NCBI GenBank assembly: GCA_019828565.1
Contig: JAHDYR010000038.1
Span: 78,735-142,734 of the forward strand
Direction of reading: 5' to 3'
Length of the DNA stretch: 64,000 nucleotides
DNA from: Carpediemonas membranifera BICM
Taxonomy: Eukaryota; Protista; Fornicata
Part shown: in pieces, positions 20,900-32,467 of the stretch
Numbering within the stretch: the first letter of the stretch is position 1
Layout of the letters: every line of letters begins with the position of its first letter
The notes under the pieces: model-generated
Told to the model about the DNA's origin: nothing
What the model saw: only the letters and a program-made list of their open reading frames with translations
Databases searched by the model: none
Translations under genes and position numbers: made by a program

Positions 20900-23800
20900 C
20901 AGAAAGAACGTTCTTACCGCGCGCAGAGGGTCAGCAGGGTGGGGGTCCCTAGTAGAGCTCGTGGGTTATGTAGTCGGAGTCGTAAGCCTCGGCGGGGTCG
21001 CTTTCGGGAAATCGAAATTTGCACATGTGCAAAAATCTCGGATGTCTCGACTGGCTCGACTACGACGCCTCTCTCACACGCGAAGGGCACACCACAGTTA
21101 GAGCTGTGCCACGCGGCACTGCTCGCGGTAGTCACGGATGACCGCCGCGTTCCCAGCCCACACAGCCAAGACGACCCGACTGCGCAGGTCCCGACGGACC
21201 TCCGCGCTCAGACCGAGCCTCTCGCACAGACGCCACACCCAGCACGACTTGCGGTCCTCGGGGTCAGCTCTCGTGTTGCCAACGAGGTCACAGCTGGCCG
21301 CGATGAGCTCGCAGTCGAACCTCGAGTACTGAGCGGCCTTGTCACGGATCCCATCCTTGATCGACTGTGAGACGACCACATCGACGATCATATCGCCGTG
21401 GAGGGGCGTTCCATCAGCTGACGTTGCCGCTAGCATGAGCAGATCGGCCTTCACCTCCGTCGGGCCCGTCCCGTTGGGCATGTAGGCCATACTGGTGTGA
21501 TCCAGCGGAACCTCGCGCCGTTTGGGGACGAACTGCTCCGAGCAAACGTCGTAGATGGCGTCTCTGACGCCGTTATGACGCTCGATCCGGGCACCGCCCT
21601 TGAGGCGAACACAAGAGAGTCCATGAGACCAATCCGCAACAGATCTGCCGCACAGGGGCATGGTTTGGCTTTGTCTATCACGTAGGGGTCAAGAGACAGG
21701 TGTAGGCGGAGAATTGCAGTTGCCAAATCGGAACCCGAAAGAACGGGATCGAACGGCGTCAATGTGGACACTGCACGCACATAAGGCTCAGAAATAAACG
21801 ATCTCTTCGCCGTAAGCTCCTTCTGCTTGAACTCCCGCACTTTCGTCGTCAGTTCAAACTGCGGAGTCGAAGTCTTCCACTTCTTCAGGGCATCCACGTC
21901 CTGCGGACCACCAGCAGCACCAACCGCCTGAAATGCCTCATTGGGCACGTTCAGTGAGATGTTTTGGTCAAAGAGCTGCTTCACGGCACCGAGATATGCC
22001 GCCGGCCACACGATGGACGGAATTCCCCATCCAAGACCTCCCTGCGTGATGCTAAGGCCCGCTCTTTCGAGCGTACCAATCACTGCATCGGCACCAACGA
22101 GGTTGGAGAGCAATGGAACGAGCGTCTCCTCCTCAAAGCGACGCCCAACGCCGACGAGGTCGGACGTCGGGCACACATTGCGGTAGAGGTGCGACAGTTT
22201 GGGCAGCAGGCACGCACGCGTCATGTTGTTAGCGACGATGATAGACGTGGGCCCTACGTCTGCCACCATGTCGCTCACGCGTCCAGCCTGCTCGCTGACG
22301 CCTTCGAACTGCCTGCAGACCTGCTCCTTGACGTACGCAGCCGGCCCCACCGGCGTGCCCAGGACCTTGAAAGCCTCGCCGCGCGGCGCAAGCGAGGATT
22401 CACTGGCCACTAGGCCCAGCCCGGCGATGACAGTCTTCTTCTCGTTGACCTTCAACCCGACTCTGGCGAAATTGGACGTCGCGGTCATGATGACCGTGTT
22501 CGTCTCACTCTCTGTAGCGTCCTTGGGCATCAGGCAGTAGACATCATCCTGATAGGCATAAAATGCGTAGTTTGGAAACTCGGTCCGAAGATCGTCCAAA
22601 AGGGGCTTCATGCCGCAACTGAACAGCAGCGGGCTCGTAGGATCCCCTTGCGGAATTCCTTCGAGTGATCTGAGGACCATCCAGGTTGCTGAGAACAGCA
22701 TTGGATTAAGCAACATCAGTTCGAGGTACTCGGAAAGCGACGGGCAGTATGCAGCTGTCGCATCGCGAAGGTGAGATCTACTCATGCATCCATATGCGTT
22801 GGTAAGATCCAAAGCGATCACCTGACCGCCGCCACGATGATGCTCCCTCACAAGATTGGTTAGCTCCTCGAGCCCGCACTTCTCGCCGAGGCCATACTGA
22901 CCCGGCAACGCCTTGTCGTCCCGCAGCCGGGCAGCAGCCTGACGAACTGCCACCTTCGCTGCGAGACGACGAAGGCTGTCGCCTATTGAGACGGGGCGCG
23001 GCTTGCCATCCTTCTTCGGGATCGGCACAAGGATGCAGTGGGAAAATGGCTCCAGGCAGGCGACGCCCTCGAGCATATCCTCGAGCAGGGGCACAAGAGC
23101 CGCGGCGAGTTCATTCCACCCGATGGCCCGGCCCATCGCCTTCAGATGAAGGTAAGATAGGCCTGAAGGACCCGGTGCGGACTCGGCGTTGAGGCTCTTA
23201 AGTGCCTTCTTCACCGCAGGGACAGTCATTTGGCAGTGGTTCAGTGTGGACGCGGGACCCGACACTGCTGCCAGCCGACTACCAGACGGCTGCACCTGGC
23301 TCTCACAGAGCCTGGCCTCCACCCACGCGCGATCCCCAGCGAACTCTCCGGCGGAGAGAGCTTGCGTGGCGCGAGAATAGAAGCCTCGTTGTCCCAACCT
23401 GAGTGCGCGCGCACTGGCTTTCAGCCGGGGCTGCTCGGTGGTCCGCTCCGGAGGAGCATAGAGACCCTGCGCGAAGGTCAAGATGCGGCGGACAACGTCG
23501 GGCTTCCCGTGGGCCGGGGCTGCGGCGTACTCATTGAGCAGCGCGACAAAGCTCTTCGCCCATGCCAGTCTGGCCCTCTTCGTGGGGAGCAACTTCCCCA
23601 CAAACATGGCGCTGTGAGCTGGCAAGAACGGCTCGGGGACACTGCGCTGGCGTGCGGCCCCATCAGGTACCCAGGTCACCCGGGGCGCCGGCTGCGGGAC
23701 TGACCCGAAGCAGGCCTGGGCGATCTTGGCAACCACCGGGGGCAGCTTGGTGAAGATCCTACCGCCGTTGGGCAGGACTGGCAGTGTCGACCTGACGGTC

Positions 23801-24815
23801 TCGGGGACAAAGCCCCTCAATGCCTCACAGAGCTGCCGGAGCCGACTCTGGCTGAATCGACCCGTGGCCGACCCACGGTTGGACTCGTCCATAAGGGCCC
23901 GGACGAGGGCTGGGTCGCACAGGGTGGCCGTCACCTGCTCTGGAGTGGTCCAGTGGTCGGCGCGCATGGCGTCGGGGACCCACTCGTCAAAGGTGGCCCT
24001 GATGACAGCAGCAGGGCTGCTGTCCGAGCTCGAGCTCGGTTGCGTGGGTGCCGAGGTATCCTGACTAGAGGCCTCGCCCCCGGTGCCGTAAGGTGACTCA
24101 ACACCTACAACTCTGTCGACCAGGGCAACGGCACCACCCGCCTCAGATGTCTGGCCGCCTGCACGTGGTGGCTCCGGAGAGCGCACAATCACTGCGGCTG
24201 GCCTCGTCTGAGACGGGCTGGGCGAGGCATTCTCCGGCCCGGCCAACTCGGCGGGAACGGACGGCGGGGAGTCCGGCACGGCCAACGATGCCTCCTGGGG
24301 CACACTAACCGGTTCGGCCTGAGTTCCGCTGGCATCAGTCGGACTATCCGACGGCAGGAGGCCCATTGTGTTGATTGGGCACCCCATGGAAAGCAACTCG
24401 TCGATCAAATCGTCTCTTTTACTCTCATGAAGAACGCTCTGTGTGCCAGAGGAGTCCAGCAGCACTCGCGTGTCGAGCTTGAGAATAAGGAGACGAAGAG
24501 ATGTCGGAGAAAGCTTCATCTGTTCAACGTGAAGGCAGATGCGCTCCAGACCAGCGGATATCCGGTCAATGGAGTCCTTTTTGTCGAACAGGACAGGATG
24601 AGCGTTGAATAGCGGCGACAGGAAGTACACGATTTCGTTCGCGACGGCGACGTTGAAACGCTTGCTCTTAGCGCTGGCATCAGCAGTAAATAGCATCGAG
24701 ATAACGTTCTTCGAGCACAATGCTCGTTTGAAACGCTGTCTTGTCGACGCATGTTCCCGCATTAGCGACGGCGGCACATATCGAAGCAAAGTCGCACGGA
24801 GGAACGCGAAAAGCT
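20900..24815 (-). mobile_element. CRE/SLACS-like non-LTR retrotransposon (RT plus restriction-like endonuclease), 5'-truncated
   Basis: Single long ORF with RT and a C-terminal CCHC-RLE. The 3' boundary is approximate. Confidence 0.88.
21098..24789 (-). CDS. RT + CCHC + RLE polyprotein; one frameshift near 21655
   Basis: APGPSG, PIPKKDGKPRPVSIG, LDLTNAYG, GIPQGDP, YQDD, GLKVN, VLGTPVG and GGLG; then CPLCG..HGLSC, RHN, KADLL and DVVV. Confidence 0.9.
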
Positions 24816-24925
24816 CTGAGGATGTCCCTAGCCTCCTCCATGAAGCGGCTGATGGACCATGCTGACGTGTCGCTTAGCTCTAGGATGACCCTGTACTTGC
24901 CGTCCTCTTGCTCGTAGGCCACTCT
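24816..24925 (-). repeat. 110-bp fragment of LINE B ORF1
   Basis: Matches 10044-10153. Confidence 0.95.
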
Positions 24926-26033
24926 CAATGCGAAGAAGTGCATCTTCGCTGCGTCCGAGATCGATTATCTAGGATGGACCGTTAGCGCCGACGGCAAGAG
25001 GATCGCAGAGGATCGCCTGCAAGGAATTCACGATCTTGCACCCCCCCGTGACCTGTCGACGCTTCGTACGCTCTTGGGGACTGTTAACTACTTCCGCCCC
25101 ATGATTGAGCGCTACGCGGACATAACTGAGCCCCTTGCGGCCCTCACCCGGGCCAACAGGAAGTTTGAGTGGGGACCAGACCAACAAGACGCATTTGAGC
25201 GCGTCAAGACCTGCCTGCTGGACAACAGAATGCTCGTACACCCCAAGCCTGGGTCGAAGCTGATATTGCAGACCGACGCAAGTGATGTCGCAGCAGGTGC
25301 CGTACTGATGCAAGAATCCGCGTCAGGTCCTAGTCCGATCGCCTTTTACTCGAAGACATTCGACGCTACCCAACGCCGATGGTCGACGTATGAGAAGGAG
25401 GCGTTCGCGATTTATTTCGCAATGCAGAAGGCAGAGCGACTACTGATCGGACGAGAGTTCGTTGTGCGCACTGACCACAAAAATCTGCTCTACCTGGCCA
25501 CCTCTGCCAACGCTAAGGTGGTTAGGTGGCATCTGGCCATGGCACGGTTCAACTATTCCGTGGAACACGTACCAGGAGTGGCCAACGGCGGTGCAGACGG
25601 CTTGTCCCGTCTAGTACACCTACAAAGTGCCGATACGAGCCATACTGACCTGATCGAAAGCATACATGGGGGTTTACAAGGACATCTGGGCATTCGGGCT
25701 ACCCTACAACGCCTGATTGAAAGAGGAGAGACGTGGAAGGGGATGTACAACGAGGTGAAACAGTTCGTCAAGGCCTGCCCGGTCTGCCAAGTCCATCGGC
25801 AGACAGCTGAGCGAGTGCCGCAGGACCGGCATTCGACGATGGGACGCCTTCCATTTGACGTAGTACAAGTAGACACTGTTGGACCCCTACATGAATCTGG
25901 CGGCGGTTACCGCCACATCGTGGTGGCCATCGACACGTTCTCCAAGCTTACGATGTTATACCCCACTCACTCCACGACTGCGGCAGAGGCAGCTGAGGCC
26001 CTATTACAATGGGTCGCCCACTACGGTATACCC
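24923..26033 (+). pseudogene. Fragment of a second Ty3/gypsy family pol (RT end, RNase H, integrase start)
   Basis: LNAKKC..YLGW, QTDASD, TDHKNL, ADGLSR, HGGLQGH..CPVC and VQVDTVG; cut at both ends. Confidence 0.9.
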
Positions 26034-26970
26034 CGTAATCGCCGTTGCCATAGACGCCGTGAAGTCCTTTCCTCTTCCTATGTGTCCCTCTGTGTTCAGA
26101 CTAAGTATCTTGTAGGTTACCATTGCCTTTGTCCTGTTTCCTTATCCTGCGAATTCCCAGAATTTGGGAGCCCCAGCTTCCCGCTCCTCTCCTGCTATCC
26201 TTGTCCTGACAAGGGGCCTAGATGCCGGTCTCGGTGACCCTTGTCAGGCCAACCTTGTTACCACCTGGTGACCTTCCATTCTTCGGGCAGGGTACTTAGG
26301 AGGGGGACGATATGACGTGACCCCCCCTTTGGCTGCCGCTACAGCCTACCGGCAGTGCATTTCAGCTAATGCCGGGCCCTGGGTGGGAGCCAGGGCTTGT
26401 GAATTATAAAGAAAATGTTGCTTGTTCCTTGAAAGAATACTGCTTTGCCATGTCCTTACTCCTCCTCCGTGGACTCCCCACTGCCGCTGCAGCTGTCCTC
26501 GGCCTGACTCACTTGCTGTCCTTGTAGACTCTGCATTACCATGATGAACTGGGTCATCAGGTCCATGGGTGAGATCTGCTTGGCCTTCTTAGCCTTCTTG
26601 TGCTTGTGCCGGGGGATCGTGGGCTTCTCCTTGCTGGGCTTAGTCGCGACGCCGGAGAGCACCAACCTTCCGTGGCCTTGCTCTTGCATGAGTCGGGCAG
26701 CCTTGAGCGCTGAGATCTCTTGTTGCGCCTCTGCCAACTGCTTTCGGAGCCGCAGCTTCTCCGAGTCCATGCCGGTTGCCTGTCTGCTTCCAGACTCCCA
26801 GTCCGTGTCCTCTTCGTGCCTGCTTCTCTTTCCGCTGTCCGAGTCCATGATCCTACTCGTGCTGCCCTCCTTGCGCTTGAGCGTCGTGGAGGAAGAGTGA
26901 TCCTTGCTGTTGTCCATGCCTCCCTCTGAGCCTCTACCGGCCCAGGTGTTCCCGCTGAACGAGCCTCTCA
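26034..26970 (-). mobile_element. LINE B internal fragment: ORF1 3' end, inter-ORF spacer and ORF2 (APE) start
   Basis: 26276-26970 matches 7181-7875. ATG at 26123 gives MVTYKILSLNTEGHIGRGKDFTASMA, homologous to family A MRIISLNSEGHLAGANDYSGSIA. Confidence 0.88.
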
Positions 26971-27372
26971 CGCTCCAGACCTTGAAGTCCGCCCACCTAT
27001 GCAAGAAAGAAATAGTAAATTTAGTGGGTTCCATATTACGTTTGGGTTCCGTGCCACTCACTGTACAGTACTGAACACCCGCCCGCGTATCCATGCGGAG
27101 TACTCCCCATTTGTCAGCGGAGAGTAGCTCATGGTAGGAATACTGCTTCCCCAGGCTCCCATCCCGGATCACACCAGGGCCTTCACTCCCGCCACCGGGG
27201 GCAGATCTCGTGCCACACTTCTTTGCAGAAGCCTCTGAGTTTAAAACCCACTGTTTATTTTCACTGTCATAGTTTTGTGTGACAATATTGAAGCACCCTG
27301 AGCTGAGACGATTTACCACGTCACGGTCGGTCAATAAATATGTGACTCCGCTGAAACATCAGGCCAACACAG

Positions 27373-28506
27373 TCAGCGGCCAAGGTCCTCGAGCCGCATT
27401 CTTCTGTGGGGGACACCCTTTCCTCTCCCCAGCTCAAGCTCCACCGGGCCGACGATGGTGCCCTCATCAGGAGATCTAGGGACGACGGGGAAACGCCCAC
27501 GGACACCCACAGATGAGCTGCGGGCCTTATCATCGCCCAGGTCGACTCTGGGGCGGGCTGGGCGGGCCCTCGTGTCGTTGGCGGCTGGGGCACGGGCTCG
27601 GTCGGAAAGCTTGTGGCTAATAAGGCTGGGAGTGGGTCGAGGCACGCCGGACTGGCCCTTCGCCCGTTCATAGCCCAAGCCGTGTCCGACGCTAGGCCCT
27701 GGCTGGACCTGGATCGGCGGGGGTGCCCGCTGTGTCGGGGCGACGGTCTCCTGTGGCCTCTCGTTCTCATCGGGCTTGGAGGGCAGCTCCTTTCCGCTGG
27801 TCGCGTAGGAAGCATACCCCTCCCTGCGTCTGGGGGCACTGGCCTTGGCAGGCTTCACAGTCTTCTTCTTAGCGACAGTCTGGATCCCTACTGAGGCCAT
27901 ACTAGGCGACACAGCCGTCTGTGTATCCGCGTCTGTGCCCGCTGGCCTTGGGGCTGATCCATGGACGAAGCCGTCGAGTTCCTCCTTGAGGGTCTCAATC
28001 TTGGTAGTCTGCAGCTTCACCACCGCCTGGAGCTTCTCCTTGGACATCTTCAGGAGTCCGGCGAGCTTCTCTAGCCGGGCTACCTCTGCCCTGAGGTCCT
28101 CGAGCTCGGCAGACGCACCCTCGCCGACACTCTGACTCTGCTGGGCGACGGGCGATGCTGTCTTGTCCAGTGTCAGTGGAACAGGGCTGGTGGGGCCCAC
28201 AGACCGGTCGACGAAGCTCCTACGGGCGATCGGGGGGGTCTCGATCGGATGCATGCTTGGCTCGGTTGGTTCAGGTGTTGCGGTGCGCATGAGGCGCTCT
28301 TCCATTGTATCTACCAAGTCCTCCTCCTGGATGACGGGAATTGGCTCTTGTTTCGGTTTTGCTGGCGTCTCTATCTGAATGTCAGTGAGGCGCTTGAGCA
28401 CGCTGTCTAAAACATCAGAATCCAGTGATTTGGGATTAGTTGATATGTTTTCCGTTCCAGCTTCATCTGGATCGCCTCTGAAACTACTCCAAAGCCTCGC
28501 GAACAT
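27373..28506 (-). CDS. Hypothetical protein with central coiled coil
   Basis: Long ORF; likely start MFARLWSSF; heptad region LEDLRAEVARLEK. Confidence 0.6.
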   Translation of the reverse strand: MFARLWSSFRGDPDEAGTENISTNPKSLDSDVLDSVLKRLTDIQIETPAKPKQEPIPVIQEEDLVDTMEERLMRTATPEPTEPSMHPIETPPIARRSFVDRSVGPTSPVPLTLDKTASPVAQQSQSVGEGASAELEDLRAEVARLEKLAGLLKMSKEKLQAVVKLQTTKIETLKEELDGFVHGSAPRPAGTDADTQTAVSPSMASVGIQTVAKKKTVKPAKASAPRRREGYASYATSGKELPSKPDENERPQETVAPTQRAPPPIQVQPGPSVGHGLGYERAKGQSGVPRPTPSLISHKLSDRARAPAANDTRARPARPRVDLGDDKARSSSVGVRGRFPVVPRSPDEGTIVGPVELELGRGKGVPHRRMRLEDLGR

Positions 28507-28649
28507 TTGCGTTAACCTGTGACCGTGAAATTTTTGACTGAGAAACTCGGGGCTGTCTCTACTGTGCAGGTCCACGCACGACAGTCCGCGCATCTTCAGG
28601 TGTCTTTTCTGACAAATGGTGCAGGTTAACCGAGCTCCCAGCAGGCGAA

Positions 28650-29690
28650 ATGAGCAATCCGAACGGTCTTTCCTTTCCAGCTGCACCTGCAGGAACAGAG
28701 GGAAACTGGCAATATATCCACGCTGATGCCCAAGCTGTCCGCCACATCGACGCGTACATTGAATACCGCCAGATCGTCGGCGATACGGATGGCGGCCGCC
28801 TTTTGTCCGAAGAAGAATTCAACAAGCGCAAGCGCCAGTTTGAAGAAGCCAAGAAGCATCGGGCCTACGTCAGCTGGCGAAACATGAATACAGGCATCGA
28901 CTGCAAGCTCATCGGCTCCGAATCGAAGTGTATGTGTGGCCACAAGTGGAAAGAGCACCTAGCCCCGTACAAGCCCGGCGCCAAGTTCAAGTGCCGCGTT
29001 CCCGGCTGCAAGTGCTGCAACTACGACTACCTCCCGTCCACGGGCACATGGGTCGTCCGTTGCCTCTGCAAACACACGGCCACAGACCACGACCCCAGGA
29101 CCAAGGCGTGCACTAAGAGGGGGTGCGGCTGCGAGGCTTTCTACTCCCGATTCACTTGCAGTTGCGGGGAATACTGGGAGGCGCATAAGACGGTCATCGA
29201 GGGCCAGGCTGAGCGCGAGGCGTCTGGCCGGGCAGTGAACAAGGACGGCGCGGCCCCAGCTGGCATGGGTGGACTCACCTCCCTCACTTCCCTGGTCGAC
29301 GGGGCCGAGAGGCAGCAGTACGAGGAGGATCTTCTCATCATGCCCCCTGCGGGGAAGAAAAAGATGTCTGAGGCAGACGAGATGGCGGCAATGGATCAGC
29401 TTTATAAGCGGAAGCAGGCCGCTGAGAAGGTCTCGAGAGGTAGACCGCGCCCCGTTCCTGTATCCGCAGACCCTGCGGATCGGATGCAGTGGACCGCGGG
29501 AACAGCACATAGCCATAGCTACGGGGCCCCTAAAGCTGCACCGAAGCCGGTGTGGAGTTCGAACGTCGTGGAGGAGGTGGGGGAGCCCGAGGTGGAGGTC
29601 GAGACAGACGCGCAGAGACGGCTCAGGAAGAGGCGGGAGATCATGGCGAAGCAGAGGGAGCAGGCTAGGGCCCGTGCACAGAGGAGGTGA
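28650..29690 (+). CDS. FAM221A/B-like (DUF4475) Cys/His-rich protein
   Basis: IDCKLIG..KCMCGHKWKEH, CRVPGCKC, RCLCKH..DH and FTCSCG..H.T. Confidence 0.8.
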   Translation: MSNPNGLSFPAAPAGTEGNWQYIHADAQAVRHIDAYIEYRQIVGDTDGGRLLSEEEFNKRKRQFEEAKKHRAYVSWRNMNTGIDCKLIGSESKCMCGHKWKEHLAPYKPGAKFKCRVPGCKCCNYDYLPSTGTWVVRCLCKHTATDHDPRTKACTKRGCGCEAFYSRFTCSCGEYWEAHKTVIEGQAEREASGRAVNKDGAAPAGMGGLTSLTSLVDGAERQQYEEDLLIMPPAGKKKMSEADEMAAMDQLYKRKQAAEKVSRGRPRPVPVSADPADRMQWTAGTAHSHSYGAPKAAPKPVWSSNVVEEVGEPEVEVETDAQRRLRKRREIMAKQREQARARAQRR

Positions 29691-29946
29691 GCTGTTGAAC
29701 GGCTGCACCGCTTAAATATGTGTTATATGTATTTATGTCTGGGTTATATCGTCTATTCTCAGACTACTGGGCGTCTTTTTGTGTTTCCACCCCACCCCAC
29801 CTTCCTGGGCTTGACCCGGCGTTTTCTTCTCCATCATTTCTACTATGCAAATTTCAGCAAACCAACCTGCAGATATCGGTTTGCATGCAGGGCGATCACT
29901 CAAATGTTCGATCAACTGATAGACCGCTTCCACACGTGTCTACAAT

Positions 29947-31332
29947 ATGAGATCGACAGTTTCTAGCGCTGAAGCACTTCCGAAGCGCGTTAAATCCGCT
30001 TCTAGTCAACGTTTCGGCCTTAAACGCGATCCCGAACTCGTCCCTACATTCCAGCGCCCAAATTCATCATCCTTCACCACCAGCAAGCACTCCATAAGCA
30101 CCATCCACACCTATGATGAGAACTCTATTGGCCGGAATGCCCTCTCTCCATCCCGTCGTCCCAACATCCCCTTCACGGGCAAATCCCAGGCCCAAGACAG
30201 TACCTGCGCCACGAAGACTGCCCTTCCACTGAGTCCCAGCGACCAACCCCCCTCCAAGATGCGTAGCAGCGGCATCGCGGCCCGCAAGGCGACACCGATG
30301 AACAGCTCCGGGCCCGCCCACTACTTCTCCTTCACCCAGCGCAAGTACGTGCCCAAGAGCACCGGCAGGGTCCACGAGCCGACTAAGGAGCCGTACCCCG
30401 TCCACAAGGTGCCCAAGCCTGTCCTCTCCACCCACGCCCAACTGAAGGCCGCCAGCCGCAAGGGTATGCTGGTAGAGGACACGGACCTCAACCTTGAAGA
30501 CATCACTGAGCAGGTGGAGGCTCTTCGCTGCAAGACCCTTGCCGAGATGAAGAAGGACCGCGAGGAGAAGGCGAAGCTCCTCTCCAACACGCAGGAACTC
30601 GCCCGACTCCGCGAAATTCAACGCGAGAAACGCCGGAAGTTCCGTGAAGAAACGAGAGAAGCCCGTGAACGGATGGTCATGTGCGACATGATCAAGACCT
30701 CCCTCTCCTCCAAGGACCCGTCCGAGGACAGCCGCATGTCCATAGCCCTCCAGGCCGTCGTCTCCGTCCTCCACCAGGTCCTCGCTGAAAACTCGAAGTT
30801 TGAGTCGCATCCGAAGTCGACTTTGACTGTGCCAGAGTCGGATCTTCTTAGTTTGTTTGAAGCGTACCCCGAGACACCATCGGCCAAGGAAATGTTCCAG
30901 TTCATGTACAACATCGCCTATCGGATCAGATTCAGGCCCGAGCTCGGGATCGCCGCGCTCATTTACATTGACAGACTTATCGAGAAGACCGGTATAGTAT
31001 TTGGCCGCAGCACGTGGCGCCGCGTGACGTTTGCCGGCATGGTTCTTGCCCAGAAGGGCTGGGAGGATTCGTGCTACGACAACAAGGACTACGCCAGGAC
31101 GTTCAAGCCACTGACGGTTCGCACGATCAACCGCATCGAGCGGGAGTTCCTCTGTGCCGTTGGACATGACTTGTCCGTCTCGCCGAATGCTTATGTCAAG
31201 TACGCTGGGCACCTCAGCACGCTCAACGAGGGCGTGTGGTTCCTGGGAAACGGGTCGCCGCACGGGCTAGATAAGGTCCAGAAGGGGTTGATCCGCGCTG
31301 CTTCTGCTGAGAGGCTGAACGACGACGAGTAA
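29947..31332 (+). CDS. Cyclin Y / PHO80-like cyclin
   Basis: ALIYIDRL..TWRR..LAQKGWED..NKDY..INRIEREFL cyclin box. Confidence 0.85.
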   Translation: MRSTVSSAEALPKRVKSASSQRFGLKRDPELVPTFQRPNSSSFTTSKHSISTIHTYDENSIGRNALSPSRRPNIPFTGKSQAQDSTCATKTALPLSPSDQPPSKMRSSGIAARKATPMNSSGPAHYFSFTQRKYVPKSTGRVHEPTKEPYPVHKVPKPVLSTHAQLKAASRKGMLVEDTDLNLEDITEQVEALRCKTLAEMKKDREEKAKLLSNTQELARLREIQREKRRKFREETREARERMVMCDMIKTSLSSKDPSEDSRMSIALQAVVSVLHQVLAENSKFESHPKSTLTVPESDLLSLFEAYPETPSAKEMFQFMYNIAYRIRFRPELGIAALIYIDRLIEKTGIVFGRSTWRRVTFAGMVLAQKGWEDSCYDNKDYARTFKPLTVRTINRIEREFLCAVGHDLSVSPNAYVKYAGHLSTLNEGVWFLGNGSPHGLDKVQKGLIRAASAERLNDDE

Positions 31333-31524
31333 AGAGACTGCTTGGCGGCGTGGGGAGAGGGGGGAGTGGATAACGTGGGTGGTGGTAGATGTATGGCGCT
31401 TAGCTGATGATGATAGTTGAGGGACGGGGATTTCTGTTGCGCATGAACACATTGTTCGACCCTTCAATAGCACAATTTCGACTGTGTTAAACTGCGCTTG
31501 AGTGAGTTTGGCGGATGAAAGTCA

Positions 31525-32292
31525 ATGTCGGCTTCACAAGAACAATTGGAGCTTTTAATCCCGCATAATCTATATGTGCATCTATTAGACCCTATTACGT
31601 ATGACCTTCTTGAACAAGACGTTCTTACCACCTCAGAAGGTGTTAGTTATGGCACCTCATCCATTCTAGAGTGGATTCAGACCCGTCCAGAAGGCCAATG
31701 CACTGATCCCTATACTAGAAAGCCTTTGGGCATTGAGCAGCTTCACAACAACGTCACACTGTCATCACTCATTGCAGATCTCCGGGGACGCCCTCGCAGC
31801 ACCGAGGATGAAATGGGCGAGGAAGAAAGCCCCGAGGAGATGGCCAGGATGATCAAGGACCTCAGTCGCCGGATCAATGTGCATATGCTTCGTCAAAAGG
31901 AGGCCAAGATGAGGATTGCAAGACACGAGCCTGTCATTGCAGAGAAAGATCACCAGCTTGACGTGCTAAAGAAACGCGCAAAGGTCATAGCTGAGCAGCA
32001 GAAGGCCGCCACAGCCGAGAAACACGAGTTGTCCAATCAACTGATTGATCTGAAGCATGTGGCCACTCCAGGTCCAGTGCAGTCAGCCAGGGCCAAGGCA
32101 GTCGAGTACAGGGCCAAGCATAAGGACACCACCGCCTCCGCCGATCTTGCCCGACTCTTGACTCGACTTGACTCCAGAGCCCGGGTCGAGGCGCGACTCA
32201 GGATGGAGCTGAGAAAGAGCGGGGGCGGGGTAAAGCTGCCGCCGTCCTCGGGCAAGGTGACGCAGCTGATGCTGGAGAGCAGGCTGGGGTGA
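31525..32292 (+). CDS. U-box domain plus coiled-coil protein
   Basis: LLDPITYDLL..GVSY..ILEWI..TDPYTRKPL. Confidence 0.8.
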   Translation: MSASQEQLELLIPHNLYVHLLDPITYDLLEQDVLTTSEGVSYGTSSILEWIQTRPEGQCTDPYTRKPLGIEQLHNNVTLSSLIADLRGRPRSTEDEMGEEESPEEMARMIKDLSRRINVHMLRQKEAKMRIARHEPVIAEKDHQLDVLKKRAKVIAEQQKAATAEKHELSNQLIDLKHVATPGPVQSARAKAVEYRAKHKDTTASADLARLLTRLDSRARVEARLRMELRKSGGGVKLPPSSGKVTQLMLESRLG

Positions 32293-32467
32293 GTGATGGA
32301 GATGAATGGATGGAAGTCATTGCTTGGTCGTGTGAAGCCTCACATGCATTCCAAAGTCTTGGTTGTAAACTATAGTCGCGGTTGTTTGGCCAACACCAAC
32401 TCTGTCATGATCTGTCGAGCGACCAGCGTCGTTCTACTATGCATATTTTGCAAAGCCAAAGCGAACA

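Noticed and set aside
30067-31263. Long antisense ORFs (also 28959-29708, 38401-39375, 55631-57627)
   Set aside because: Shadows of GC-rich codon usage opposite well-supported genes; no motifs.
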